The notes below the pieces were generated by a model. The model had not been told where the DNA came from. It was given only the letters and a program-made list of their open reading frames with translations, and did not search any database. The translations under genes were made by a program, and so were the position numbers. DNA of 26,283 nt, from assembly GCA_913056505.1 (NCBI GenBank), contig CAJXLZ010000001.1:1-26283 (forward strand). Reading direction: 5' to 3'. How positions within the stretch are numbered: position 1 is the stretch's first letter; each line of letters begins with the position of its first letter. Positions 10,186 to 18,212 of the stretch are shown here, piece after piece. This DNA comes from an uncultured Desulfurellaceae bacterium (GTDB lineage: Bacteria; Campylobacterota_A; Desulfurellia; Desulfurellales; Hippeaceae).

Positions 10186-10416
10186 ATGTCTGTTTATGAT
10201 GATGTGAAAGCGATTATTGTGGAACAACTTGGAGTTGATGAGGAAGAGGTTAAACCAGAATCGAAATTTGTAGAGGACTTAGGCGCTGACTCTTTGGACA
10301 CTGTAGAGTTGGTTATGGCCATAGAAGAGAAATTTGGTATTGAGATTCCTGACACAGATGCAGAGAAAATTGCTAGTGTTAAAGATGCTGTAGATTATAT
10401 AGAATCGCATAAATAG
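10186..10416 (+). CDS. acpP: Acyl carrier protein
   Basis: Phosphopantetheine site [12 protein letters not shown], plus [10 protein letters not shown]. Confidence 0.98.
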   Translation: MSVYDDVKAIIVEQLGVDEEEVKPESKFVEDLGADSLDTVELVMAIEEKFGIEIPDTDAEKIASVKDAVDYIESHK

Positions 10417-10426
10417 GCGCGGTTAA

Positions 10427-11665
10427 ATGAGAAAACGAATAGTTGTAACAGGTGTAGGTGCCTTAACGCCTGTTGGATCTTCTGCAGTAGAGAGTTTTAA
10501 TAATGCTGTAAATGGCGTAAATGGCATAGGAAGGATAACTCACTTTGATGCGTCTGATTTTACTGTGAAAATAGCAGGAGAGGTTAAATCGTTTGATGTA
10601 ACGAAATATATTTCAAAAAAAGACGTAAAAAGAACAGACCTATTTTCTGTATATGCTTTAGTTGCCGCGGATGATGCAATTAAACAATCGGGTTTGGATC
10701 TAAACAATGAAGATCCATATAGAATTGGAGTAAGCGTCGGTTCGGGTATAGGCGGATTATCAACAATAGAGAAGAATAACAAATCTCTTTTGGAAAGAGG
10801 GCAAAGAGGCGTTTCACCATTTTTTATACCTATGGCTGTAATAAATATGGCTGGCGGTAGCATAGCAATAAAATGGAAGATTATGGGTCCTAATTTTAGT
10901 GATGTTACAGCTTGTGCCACAGGAACTCACTCTATAGGACTGGCTGCACGCTGCATTGCATACGGCGATGCAGATGTTATGATTTGCGGTGGGGCAGAGG
11001 CTTCAATAACACCTCTTGCTATATCGGGTTTTGCCAATATGAAGGCCCTTTCTACAAGAAACAGTGAACCTCAAAGAGCATCACGTCCTTTTGATAAAGA
11101 TAGGGACGGATTTATCGTTGGAGAGGGGGCGGGTGTTCTTGTTTTGGAATCATATGAGCATGCAAAAGCAAGGGGCGCGGAGATATTGGCCGAGTTTGCG
11201 GGCCTCGGTATGAGTGATGACGCCTATCATATCACGGCACCCGATCCTGAAGGGAAAGGGGCGGTTTATGCTATGAAAATGGCATTAAACGATGCTGAGA
11301 TTAACCCATCGGATGTTGATTACATCAATGCACACGGTACATCTACCTATTTTAATGATTTAATAGAGACAAAAGCCATAAAGGATGTTTTTAAAGAGCA
11401 TGCATATAAGATGGCAATTAGTTCTACAAAATCTGTTACCGGTCATTTATTAGGTGCTGCAGGCGGTGTTGAAGCCGTGTTCTCTGTGCTTTCCATTAAG
11501 AATGGTGTTATTCCTCCAACTATGAATCTGGATAATCCTGATGATGGGTGCGATCTATTTTATGTTCCCAATAGTGCGATTAAAAAGGATATAAGTGTTG
11601 CGATGTCCAATTCTTTTGGATTTGGCGGCACAAATGCTGTATTAATATTTAAAAAGTTTATATAG
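10427..11665 (+). CDS. fabF: 3-oxoacyl-ACP synthase II
   Basis: Cys-His-His triad (TACATG, NAHGTST, GHLLGAAG), RPFDKDRDGF and SNSFGFGGTNA. Confidence 0.97.
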   Translation: MRKRIVVTGVGALTPVGSSAVESFNNAVNGVNGIGRITHFDASDFTVKIAGEVKSFDVTKYISKKDVKRTDLFSVYALVAADDAIKQSGLDLNNEDPYRIGVSVGSGIGGLSTIEKNNKSLLERGQRGVSPFFIPMAVINMAGGSIAIKWKIMGPNFSDVTACATGTHSIGLAARCIAYGDADVMICGGAEASITPLAISGFANMKALSTRNSEPQRASRPFDKDRDGFIVGEGAGVLVLESYEHAKARGAEILAEFAGLGMSDDAYHITAPDPEGKGAVYAMKMALNDAEINPSDVDYINAHGTSTYFNDLIETKAIKDVFKEHAYKMAISSTKSVTGHLLGAAGGVEAVFSVLSIKNGVIPPTMNLDNPDDGCDLFYVPNSAIKKDISVAMSNSFGFGGTNAVLIFKKFI

Positions 11666-11691
11666 GGCGCGAGTTTATCCGCGCCTTTCTT
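11664..11691 (+). terminator. Probable intrinsic terminator after fabF
   Basis: Stem GGCGCG (11666-11671), loop AGTTTATC, stem CGCGCC (11680-11685), then TTTCTT, directly after the fabF stop. Confidence 0.55.
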
Positions 11692-12339
11692 ATGAAAACC
11701 GTATTTTTTGATTTAGATGGAACATTAATAGACTCGAAAAATGATATTGCAGATTCTATTAACTCTTCTCTATTGCATTTTAATATTGAACCTATAAAAG
11801 ATAGCATCATATATGAATACGTGGGAAACGGTGTTGATGATCTCATTAAATCATGCTTAAGACAAAGGAATAGAGAAGACCTGCAAGGAATATTTTCAGA
11901 GTATTTTATAGAATATTATGGTAAACATTTTCTTGATCATACAACATTATTTGATGGTATTAATAGTGTACTAAAACAATTGTCAAAACAGGCAGGTATG
12001 TTTGTTGTAAGCAATAAGCTTAAAAGTTATTCTACTGAGATATTAAAAGGGCTTGGTGTTTTTAAATATTTCATTGATGTTGTCGGCGGCAACAGTTTTA
12101 AAAATAAGAAACCTCATCCTGAACCTATACTGAAACTTGCTGAAAAATATAATATAGATTTGGTGCGTAGCCTATTTATAGGTGATTCGGAAACAGATAT
12201 ATTGGCTTCTCATGCGGCGGGTGTAAAAATCGCCTGGGTTTCCTATGGGTTTAGAACAAAAGAGATACTAAGCGATTACAACGTGGATTTTATTGTAAAT
12301 AGCCCCGAAGAAATAATGGATATAATCAAAGTTCTATAA
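11692..12339 (+). CDS. HAD-superfamily hydrolase, phosphoglycolate-phosphatase-like
   Basis: Motif I FFDLDGTLIDS, motif II VVSNK, KKPHP and motif IV FIGDSETD; substrate not assignable. Confidence 0.88.
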   Translation: MKTVFFDLDGTLIDSKNDIADSINSSLLHFNIEPIKDSIIYEYVGNGVDDLIKSCLRQRNREDLQGIFSEYFIEYYGKHFLDHTTLFDGINSVLKQLSKQAGMFVVSNKLKSYSTEILKGLGVFKYFIDVVGGNSFKNKKPHPEPILKLAEKYNIDLVRSLFIGDSETDILASHAAGVKIAWVSYGFRTKEILSDYNVDFIVNSPEEIMDIIKVL

Positions 12340-13366
12340 ATAATCCCTTTTCAGATATGCGTGAAATACATCTTGATATCTTATTTTTAAATTTTCCGTC
12401 TCTCAAATCTTCCGAGAACATATGCCATAAATCTATTTTGGAGCTTATAAAAATATCCACATCACCGTAGTATAGCACATCTGTTAAGTAGGAAAAACGC
12501 AGTGCGTCAAGCAACTCGTCATCGGTAAATTTCCTTAGATTTTCTATGAATATAGCATCTATTGTGTTGTTGAAATTGATATATCTAACCGGGTGAACAC
12601 TTCTTAATTTCTTTAGCAAATCATCGAATGTAACGTATAGTTTCTTTCTATTTTTTGTTTTGTATTGCTGAAATAGTTTTTTAAGATTGGATTGGCTTTT
12701 TTGTATGTTGGGTTTTTCTTCTATTCTGTAATCTTTTCCGTCAATTAGAATGATATCAAAGTAGTTAATCAGTTTACCTATGCGTTCTTTAAATACCATC
12801 ATATCAAATTTACGTCCACCCAAACTTGTAGGTGTTGTATTGGATGTCGTTACAATAACAGAATCTGTTTTAGACAGTTCTCTGACAAAATTTATACCCA
12901 TCATTGCATCGCCAGGGTCATCCAATTCAAATTCATCCAGGAGCACAATTTGAAATTTTGACATTTCTTCAACAACAGACAATAGATCAAAATAGGCTAT
13001 CAGATACATAAGCTCAGAAAAGGAGATAAATATAGCCTTTCCCTTGTATTTGTTGCCGATAGAAGACAAAAGGTGCGTTTTGCCCACGCCGAATACACCG
13101 TCTATATATACATTGTTAGGTTTTTTGTTTATTTTAAAAAGTTTATTTAATGTTTTGCTGCAGCATCTTTTTTTACTGTTAAAATCTTCCATCTTTTGTT
13201 TAAAAGCCATCAGTTGTTCTTTTGCACGCATCTGTGTCGGGTATTTTTTATCAGGAATATAATTTTGGAAATTGCACTGTGAAAACTTCAGGGGTACATT
13301 TTTTCTTGATACTATCTGCAGTATCGGTGTATCAAAATTGATATCGTCTATATTTATTGAGCACAT
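12326..13366 (-). CDS. zapE: ZapE / AFG1-family ATPase
   Basis: Walker A DGVFGVGKTHLL, Walker B LLDEFELDDPGD, TTSNTTP, DGKDYR and a C-terminal RCISRI. Start ATG 13366 (GAGG upstream) or 13372; the track uses GTG 13381. Overlaps the HAD gene tail-to-tail by 14 bp. Confidence 0.82.
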   Translation of the reverse strand: MCSINIDDINFDTPILQIVSRKNVPLKFSQCNFQNYIPDKKYPTQMRAKEQLMAFKQKMEDFNSKKRCCSKTLNKLFKINKKPNNVYIDGVFGVGKTHLLSSIGNKYKGKAIFISFSELMYLIAYFDLLSVVEEMSKFQIVLLDEFELDDPGDAMMGINFVRELSKTDSVIVTTSNTTPTSLGGRKFDMMVFKERIGKLINYFDIILIDGKDYRIEEKPNIQKSQSNLKKLFQQYKTKNRKKLYVTFDDLLKKLRSVHPVRYINFNNTIDAIFIENLRKFTDDELLDALRFSYLTDVLYYGDVDIFISSKIDLWHMFSEDLRDGKFKNKISRCISRISEKGLFIEL

Positions 13367-13482
13367 ACACATTAACCTCACAAAAAAGCATGATGCTTGA
13401 ATTTATACATTTTTTCTATGTTGATTTCCAGTTTTTCGGAGTTTATAGCCGAAAATGTTTTTGCATACAAAAGAGTAAAAAT

Positions 13483-13511
13483 TTGCTAAAAATTGATGTA
13501 TGGATTATACT
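13483..13511 (+). promoter_or_regulatory. Putative sigma70 promoter for fba-pgi-thioesterase
   Basis: TTGCTA (13483-13488), 17-nt spacer, TATACT (13506-13511); AAGGAGG RBS at 13555-13561. Confidence 0.55.
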
Positions 13512-13566
13512 AAAAAAGAGGATTTTTATATATTGAAATTGTATTAAACCGAATAAGGAGGGATTT

Positions 13567-14553
13567 ATGGTTAGTTATTCGGAATTGGGTTTTGTAAATA
13601 CCAAGAAAATGTTCAAGGATGCTATGGATAAGGGATATGCCGTGCCCGCATATAATTTTAACAATATGGAGCAACTGCAGGCTATAGTAACCGCTTGCAC
13701 GAGGACACAATCACCTGTTATTTTGCAGGTATCCAAAGGCGCACGCAATTATGCCAATCAGACGCTATTGAGATGGATGGGTCAGGGAGCTGTCGAGTTT
13801 ATGAAAGAGATAGCTTCAAACGAAAATTTGAAAGAGATACCAATTGCTATGCACCTTGATCATGGTGATAGTTTTGAACTGTGCAAGAGTTGTGTGGATA
13901 TGGGATTTTCGTCTGTTATGATTGATGGGTCGCACCTACCGTATGATGAGAATGTCTCTATTACTAAGCAGGTAGTAGATTATGCCCATAAATTTGATGT
14001 ATCAGTAGAGGGTGAACTTGGTGTTTTGGCGGGCATAGAAGACGATGTAAAGGCAGAAAAGAGCACATATACAGATCCAAATGCTGTCGAGGATTTTGTT
14101 TCGAAAACAGGTGTAGATTCCCTCGCTATAGCAATAGGCACATCCCACGGTGCATATAAATTTAAGGTAAAAGAGGGAGAGATGCCACCACCGTTGAGAT
14201 TTGATATATTGAAAGAGATAGAAAAGAGATTGCCGGGATTTCCTATAGTGCTGCATGGTTCATCCAGTGTTTTACAAGAATATGTTCAGCTTATCAACAA
14301 ATATGGCGGCAATTTAGAGGGGGCGGTTGGTGTGCCTGAGGATCAGCTGCGCCGTGCTGCAAAATCTGCTGTATGTAAAATAAACATTGATTCTGATGGT
14401 AGGTTGGTGATGACGGCTAAGGTTAGAGAGGTGTTGTGGACCAAGCCCAAAGAGTTTGATCCGCGTAAATATTTAGGACCGGCAAGGGATGAACTGATAA
14501 AAATGTATGAACGTAAAAACAGAGAGGTTTTGGGATCTGCGTTTAAGGTTTGA
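13567..14553 (+). CDS. fba: Class II (metal-dependent) fructose-1,6-bisphosphate aldolase
   Basis: AVPAYNFNN, MHLDHG, SSVMIDGS, VEGELGVL, IGTSHGAYK, VLHGSS, KINIDSD and FDPRKYL. Confidence 0.95.
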   Translation: MVSYSELGFVNTKKMFKDAMDKGYAVPAYNFNNMEQLQAIVTACTRTQSPVILQVSKGARNYANQTLLRWMGQGAVEFMKEIASNENLKEIPIAMHLDHGDSFELCKSCVDMGFSSVMIDGSHLPYDENVSITKQVVDYAHKFDVSVEGELGVLAGIEDDVKAEKSTYTDPNAVEDFVSKTGVDSLAIAIGTSHGAYKFKVKEGEMPPPLRFDILKEIEKRLPGFPIVLHGSSSVLQEYVQLINKYGGNLEGAVGVPEDQLRRAAKSAVCKINIDSDGRLVMTAKVREVLWTKPKEFDPRKYLGPARDELIKMYERKNREVLGSAFKV

Positions 14554-14575
14554 TACAATAATGGAGTAATACATT

Positions 14576-15787
14576 ATGTTTAAGTTAAGAGAGATTCAGT
14601 CTATGGAAAGGACGCTACTGTTTGAATATACGCTCAATAAGGATTTTAAGCTGAATTTCCAGACAAAATACGATTTTATACGCAGCTTATGCCAACGTGA
14701 TATTCCTGATGAGGTAAACGATTTTGTAAAGCAGCACAGATATAAAAATTTTATCCAAATCGGTATAGGCGGTAGTGCACTTGGGGCTACAGCGAGTATC
14801 GAATTTTTATCCGGCATCTACCATAATTATGAAAAGAAGAGACAATTTTTCGTGCTTGACAACATCGATCCCGAGCGTATGAGGTTTATTTTAACATTAA
14901 ACCCAGATGATACGCTCTTTCATGTCGTATCAAAATCCGGTGCTACTATAGAAACGATTTCGCAATTTCTTATACTTTACAAAAAAGTAAGCGAACAGAT
15001 AGGTGATAACGCCAAAGAACATTTTGTGTTTACAACGGATAGAGATGTAGGTTTTTTGCGAAAATTTTCTAAAAAGGAAAAGATTAAAACATTTGATTTG
15101 GCAAAGGAGGCAGGCGGCAGATATTCTATTTTTACGCCTGTCGGTCTGCTTCCTATTTCATTTTTTGGATATGACATAAATAAATTTTTGGACGGCGGGA
15201 AAGATGCTGTGCGTGCATATAGAAATGGATGGAGTTTGCCAAATGATTTTGTCAATTTTGCTGTAGGCGAATATGAGAATGCCAAAAATATACTTGTTGT
15301 TTTTGCATATAAAGACAGGCTTTACTCAATATCAGATTGGTTCAGGCAGCTTTGGGCTGAGAGCTTGGGCAAAGACTTAAAAGGACAAACGCCCGTTAAA
15401 GCACTCGGCGTTACAGATCAGCACTCCCAACTCCAGCTATACCAAGACGGTCCGAAAGATAAAGCTATTGTATTTTTGGATTGTGTAAACAACTATGATA
15501 TTGAAACAATTGGCTTGGATGAATTTGATTTTCTAAACAATAAGAAATTGGGCAAAATTATGAATATAGAAAAGCAATCAACAAGAAAAGCCTTGGAAGA
15601 GAATGGCGTGCCTACGGCGGAGTTATTTCTGAATGAGGTGAACGAATATGCACTGGGTGCTCTTTTTGCATCATTGATGATAGCAACGGCTAAAGCCGGC
15701 GATGTATTAGGGGTTAATGCATTTGATCAACCCGGTGTTGAATTGGGGAAAAAATATGCAAAAGAGAAATTAAAAGGTGGCATATGA
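14576..15787 (+). CDS. pgi: Glucose-6-phosphate isomerase, short (about 400 aa) type
   Basis: IGIGGSALG, DNIDP, SKSGATIET, GGRYSIFTPVGL, QLWAESLGK, DQHSQLQ and FDQPGVELGK. Confidence 0.95.
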   Translation: MFKLREIQSMERTLLFEYTLNKDFKLNFQTKYDFIRSLCQRDIPDEVNDFVKQHRYKNFIQIGIGGSALGATASIEFLSGIYHNYEKKRQFFVLDNIDPERMRFILTLNPDDTLFHVVSKSGATIETISQFLILYKKVSEQIGDNAKEHFVFTTDRDVGFLRKFSKKEKIKTFDLAKEAGGRYSIFTPVGLLPISFFGYDINKFLDGGKDAVRAYRNGWSLPNDFVNFAVGEYENAKNILVVFAYKDRLYSISDWFRQLWAESLGKDLKGQTPVKALGVTDQHSQLQLYQDGPKDKAIVFLDCVNNYDIETIGLDEFDFLNNKKLGKIMNIEKQSTRKALEENGVPTAELFLNEVNEYALGALFASLMIATAKAGDVLGVNAFDQPGVELGKKYAKEKLKGGI

Positions 15788-16155
15788 AAAGTTATACTAC
15801 TAAGGTTTATTACGATGACACAGATGCGGCAGGTGTTATGTATTATGCCAATTATCTAAAGTTGTGTGAGCGCGCAAAACAAGAATTTTTTCTTATGAAA
15901 AATTGTGATCTGTTTAAATTGCATAATGAAGGTATATATCTTGTTGTTAAAGATGTGCATATATCATATGTCAAAAGCATACAATTAGGTGAGACGGTAG
16001 ATGTATATGTTGATGTAATAAAAAGAAAGAATGCAAGCATTTTATTACATTTCGATATTAAAGTTGAAAATGATACAAGGGCGCGCGTTGACATATTAAG
16101 TGCAAGTATAGACAAAAATGCGAAAATATTGAAATTGCCGGAGTGTGTTAAGTAG
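15784..16155 (+). CDS. YbgC/4HBT-family hot-dog-fold acyl-CoA thioesterase
   Basis: VYYDDTDAAGVMYYANYLKLCERA matches the YbgC-type motif; ATGA overlap with pgi; no tol-pal genes adjacent. Confidence 0.85.
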   Translation: MKSYTTKVYYDDTDAAGVMYYANYLKLCERAKQEFFLMKNCDLFKLHNEGIYLVVKDVHISYVKSIQLGETVDVYVDVIKRKNASILLHFDIKVENDTRARVDILSASIDKNAKILKLPECVK

Positions 16156-16267
16156 CATTTAAACAGAAACCCTGATTGTCTTTAGCAATAATTGGGATGA
16201 GTGTTCATAAAGTCTTTACAGTCTATTGGCAAATCTCATCTTTACACCAAGCAAAAAGAAATGTTTT

Positions 16268-16383
16268 CTTTTGTCATTCCCGTGAAAACGGGAATCCAGA
16301 GTTTAGAATCCAGACTCCATCCTTTGGATTCCGCATCAGGTGCGGAATGACAGTGGGATAGCACGGAATGACAAAAGGACAGT
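16268..16383. repeat. REP/REPIN-like palindromic element, locus 1
   Basis: TGTC-ATTCCCGT-GAAA-ACGGGAAT (16272-16295), five heptamers, ATTCCGCA-TCAGG-TGCGGAAT-GACA (16328-16352), then an extra half-arm GCACGGAATGACAAAAGGACAG. Perfect 13-bp outer inverted repeat at 16268-16280 and 16365-16377. Confidence 0.9.
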
Positions 16384-16473
16384 ATTGATAACAAAGGAAG
16401 TGGGAAATTTTAATATCCAACAATTTTTGTTCCATAATTACAATAAATATAGTGATCTCGGACATATGTTTTA

Positions 16474-16501
16474 TTGACACAGGTATTTTTTTATATAGAA
16501 T
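16474..16501 (+). promoter_or_regulatory. Putative sigma70 promoter for ilvD and downstream genes
   Basis: TTGACA (16474-16479), 16-nt spacer, TAGAAT (16496-16501); AGGGGG RBS-like element at 16524-16529. Confidence 0.55.
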
Positions 16502-16534
16502 AAACTTTAATTTATGCAGTTGTAGGGGGTTGAG

Positions 16535-18202
16535 ATGGCAAGAAGAAGCGACATAATGTTAAAAGGATATGAAAGGGCGCCTCATAGATCATTACTTAAA
16601 GCTGATGGTTTTACTGATATCGAACTGAATAGACCGATAATAGCAATAGCAAATTCTGCGAATGATATAGTTCCAGGTCATATCCATCTGAAAACGCTTG
16701 TTGAGGCTGTTAAAGCGGGCATTTATATGGCTGGCGGTACACCCGTTGAATTTAATACAATTGCCGTTGATGATGGTATAGCGATGGGTCATTTGGGTAT
16801 GCACTATTCGCTGCCCTCTCGTGAAAATATAGCAGATGCAGTTGAGATAATGATTAGCGCTCATCCTGTAGATGGGCTGGTTATTCTGCCTGCCTGCGAT
16901 AAGATAGTGCCGGGTATGATGATGGCTGCTGCACGTGTTAATATTCCAACCATTATGATATCGGGTGGCCCTATGCTTGCAGGAAGATATAGGGGCACAG
17001 ATATAGATCTCGCCAAAACATTCGAGGGTGTTGGCAAATATATCAGCGGAGATATATCAGAAGATGAGCTACTTGAAATAGAGAACATATCCTGTCCATC
17101 TTGTGGGTCATGCTCGGGGATGTATTCGGCAAATTCCATTAATTGCATTAGTGAGGTTTTAGGTTTGTCCCTGCCCGGAAACGGCACAATGCCTGCACCT
17201 CTATCTGCGCGTGTAAGATTGGCTAAAATTGCAGGAATGAAGATTGTGGATCTTATTGAAAAAAATATAAAACCTCGGGATATTTTAACATTGGATGCCT
17301 TTAAAAATGCAATTTGTGCAGATATGGCAATGGGTTGTTCTACAAATACAGTTTTGCATCTGTTGGCAATAGCTCAGGAAGCAAAGGTTGACTTAAATTT
17401 GGATATGTTCAATGAAATTAGCGATAAAGTTCCTGATTTGTGTTCATTTTCTCCAGTAGGTCCATATCATCTGCAAGATTTGGACGAGGCTGGCGGTATG
17501 ATGGCTCTGTTAAATGAAGTAGACAAACTTGGTATATTGAATAGGGATTGCGTAACAGTTACAGGAAAAACGATCTACGAAAATTACAAAGACGCAAAGG
17601 TGTATAGAAGAGAAGTTATAAGACCTGTTGATGATCCATATTATCCAAAAGGTGGGTTGAGTGTTTTAAAAGGCAACATTGCACCTTACGGTTCTGTTCT
17701 AAAACAATCAGGCGTTGATGAATCTATGAACTATTTTGTCGGCAAGGCGCGAGTGTTTGATTCTGAAGAAGAATCATTGAAGGCTATCTTTAACAAACAA
17801 ATTCAAAAGGGTGATGTTATCGTTATACGATATGAAGGGCCTGCAGGCGGCCCGGGTATGAAAGAGATGCTGCAGCCCACAAGTGCTATAGCCGGTATGG
17901 GTCTTGATAAGGATGTTGCATTGATTACAGACGGAAGATTTTCAGGAGCTACAAGGGGTTTGTCTATAGGACACATTTCACCGGAGGCATATGTTGGTGG
18001 ACTTATAGGACTTATTGAAGAGGGCGATAAAATCGAGATAGATGTAAACAAAAAAACTATCAATCTTCTCGTTGATGATGAAACAATCAATGAAAGAAAA
18101 AAGAACTTCAAGCCTAAAGAGCCTAAAATTACAACAGGTTATCTTGCCCGTTATTCAAAGATGGTTGATCAGGCGCATAAAGGCGCAGTGCTGAAATCGT
18201 AA
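16535..18202 (+). CDS. ilvD: Dihydroxy-acid dehydratase
   Basis: [65 protein letters not shown] and GHISPE. Confidence 0.97.
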   Translation: MARRSDIMLKGYERAPHRSLLKADGFTDIELNRPIIAIANSANDIVPGHIHLKTLVEAVKAGIYMAGGTPVEFNTIAVDDGIAMGHLGMHYSLPSRENIADAVEIMISAHPVDGLVILPACDKIVPGMMMAAARVNIPTIMISGGPMLAGRYRGTDIDLAKTFEGVGKYISGDISEDELLEIENISCPSCGSCSGMYSANSINCISEVLGLSLPGNGTMPAPLSARVRLAKIAGMKIVDLIEKNIKPRDILTLDAFKNAICADMAMGCSTNTVLHLLAIAQEAKVDLNLDMFNEISDKVPDLCSFSPVGPYHLQDLDEAGGMMALLNEVDKLGILNRDCVTVTGKTIYENYKDAKVYRREVIRPVDDPYYPKGGLSVLKGNIAPYGSVLKQSGVDESMNYFVGKARVFDSEEESLKAIFNKQIQKGDVIVIRYEGPAGGPGMKEMLQPTSAIAGMGLDKDVALITDGRFSGATRGLSIGHISPEAYVGGLIGLIEEGDKIEIDVNKKTINLLVDDETINERKKNFKPKEPKITTGYLARYSKMVDQAHKGAVLKS

Positions 18203-18212
18203 AGGAGATCGT

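Noticed and set aside
10413-11685. TAGGCGCG after the acpP stop and TAGGGCGCG after the fabF stop
   Set aside because: Short match. The first copy has no local pairing partner, and pairing over about 1.3 kb is implausible.
13442-13472. Minus-strand promoter TTGTAT-17-TATAAA for zapE and the overlapping TTTTG-N4-CAAAA palindrome
   Set aside because: The -10 lacks the conserved final T and the palindrome is low-complexity; too weak to call.
14576-15787. pgi as an N-terminally truncated pseudogene
   Set aside because: All catalytic motifs are present, it has a GGAG RBS and no frameshift, and Pgi proteins of about 400 aa occur naturally.
16176-16480. ORFs 16176-16361 (+) and 16274-16480 (-)
   Set aside because: They run through the repeat. 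CHSRENGNPE is simply the translation of the palindrome arm. There is no clear RBS or recognisable domain.
16490-16534. Attenuator or T-box upstream of ilvD
   Set aside because: Only about 30 nt lie between the predicted promoter and the start. There is no Ile/Leu/Val-rich leader ORF and no T-box consensus.
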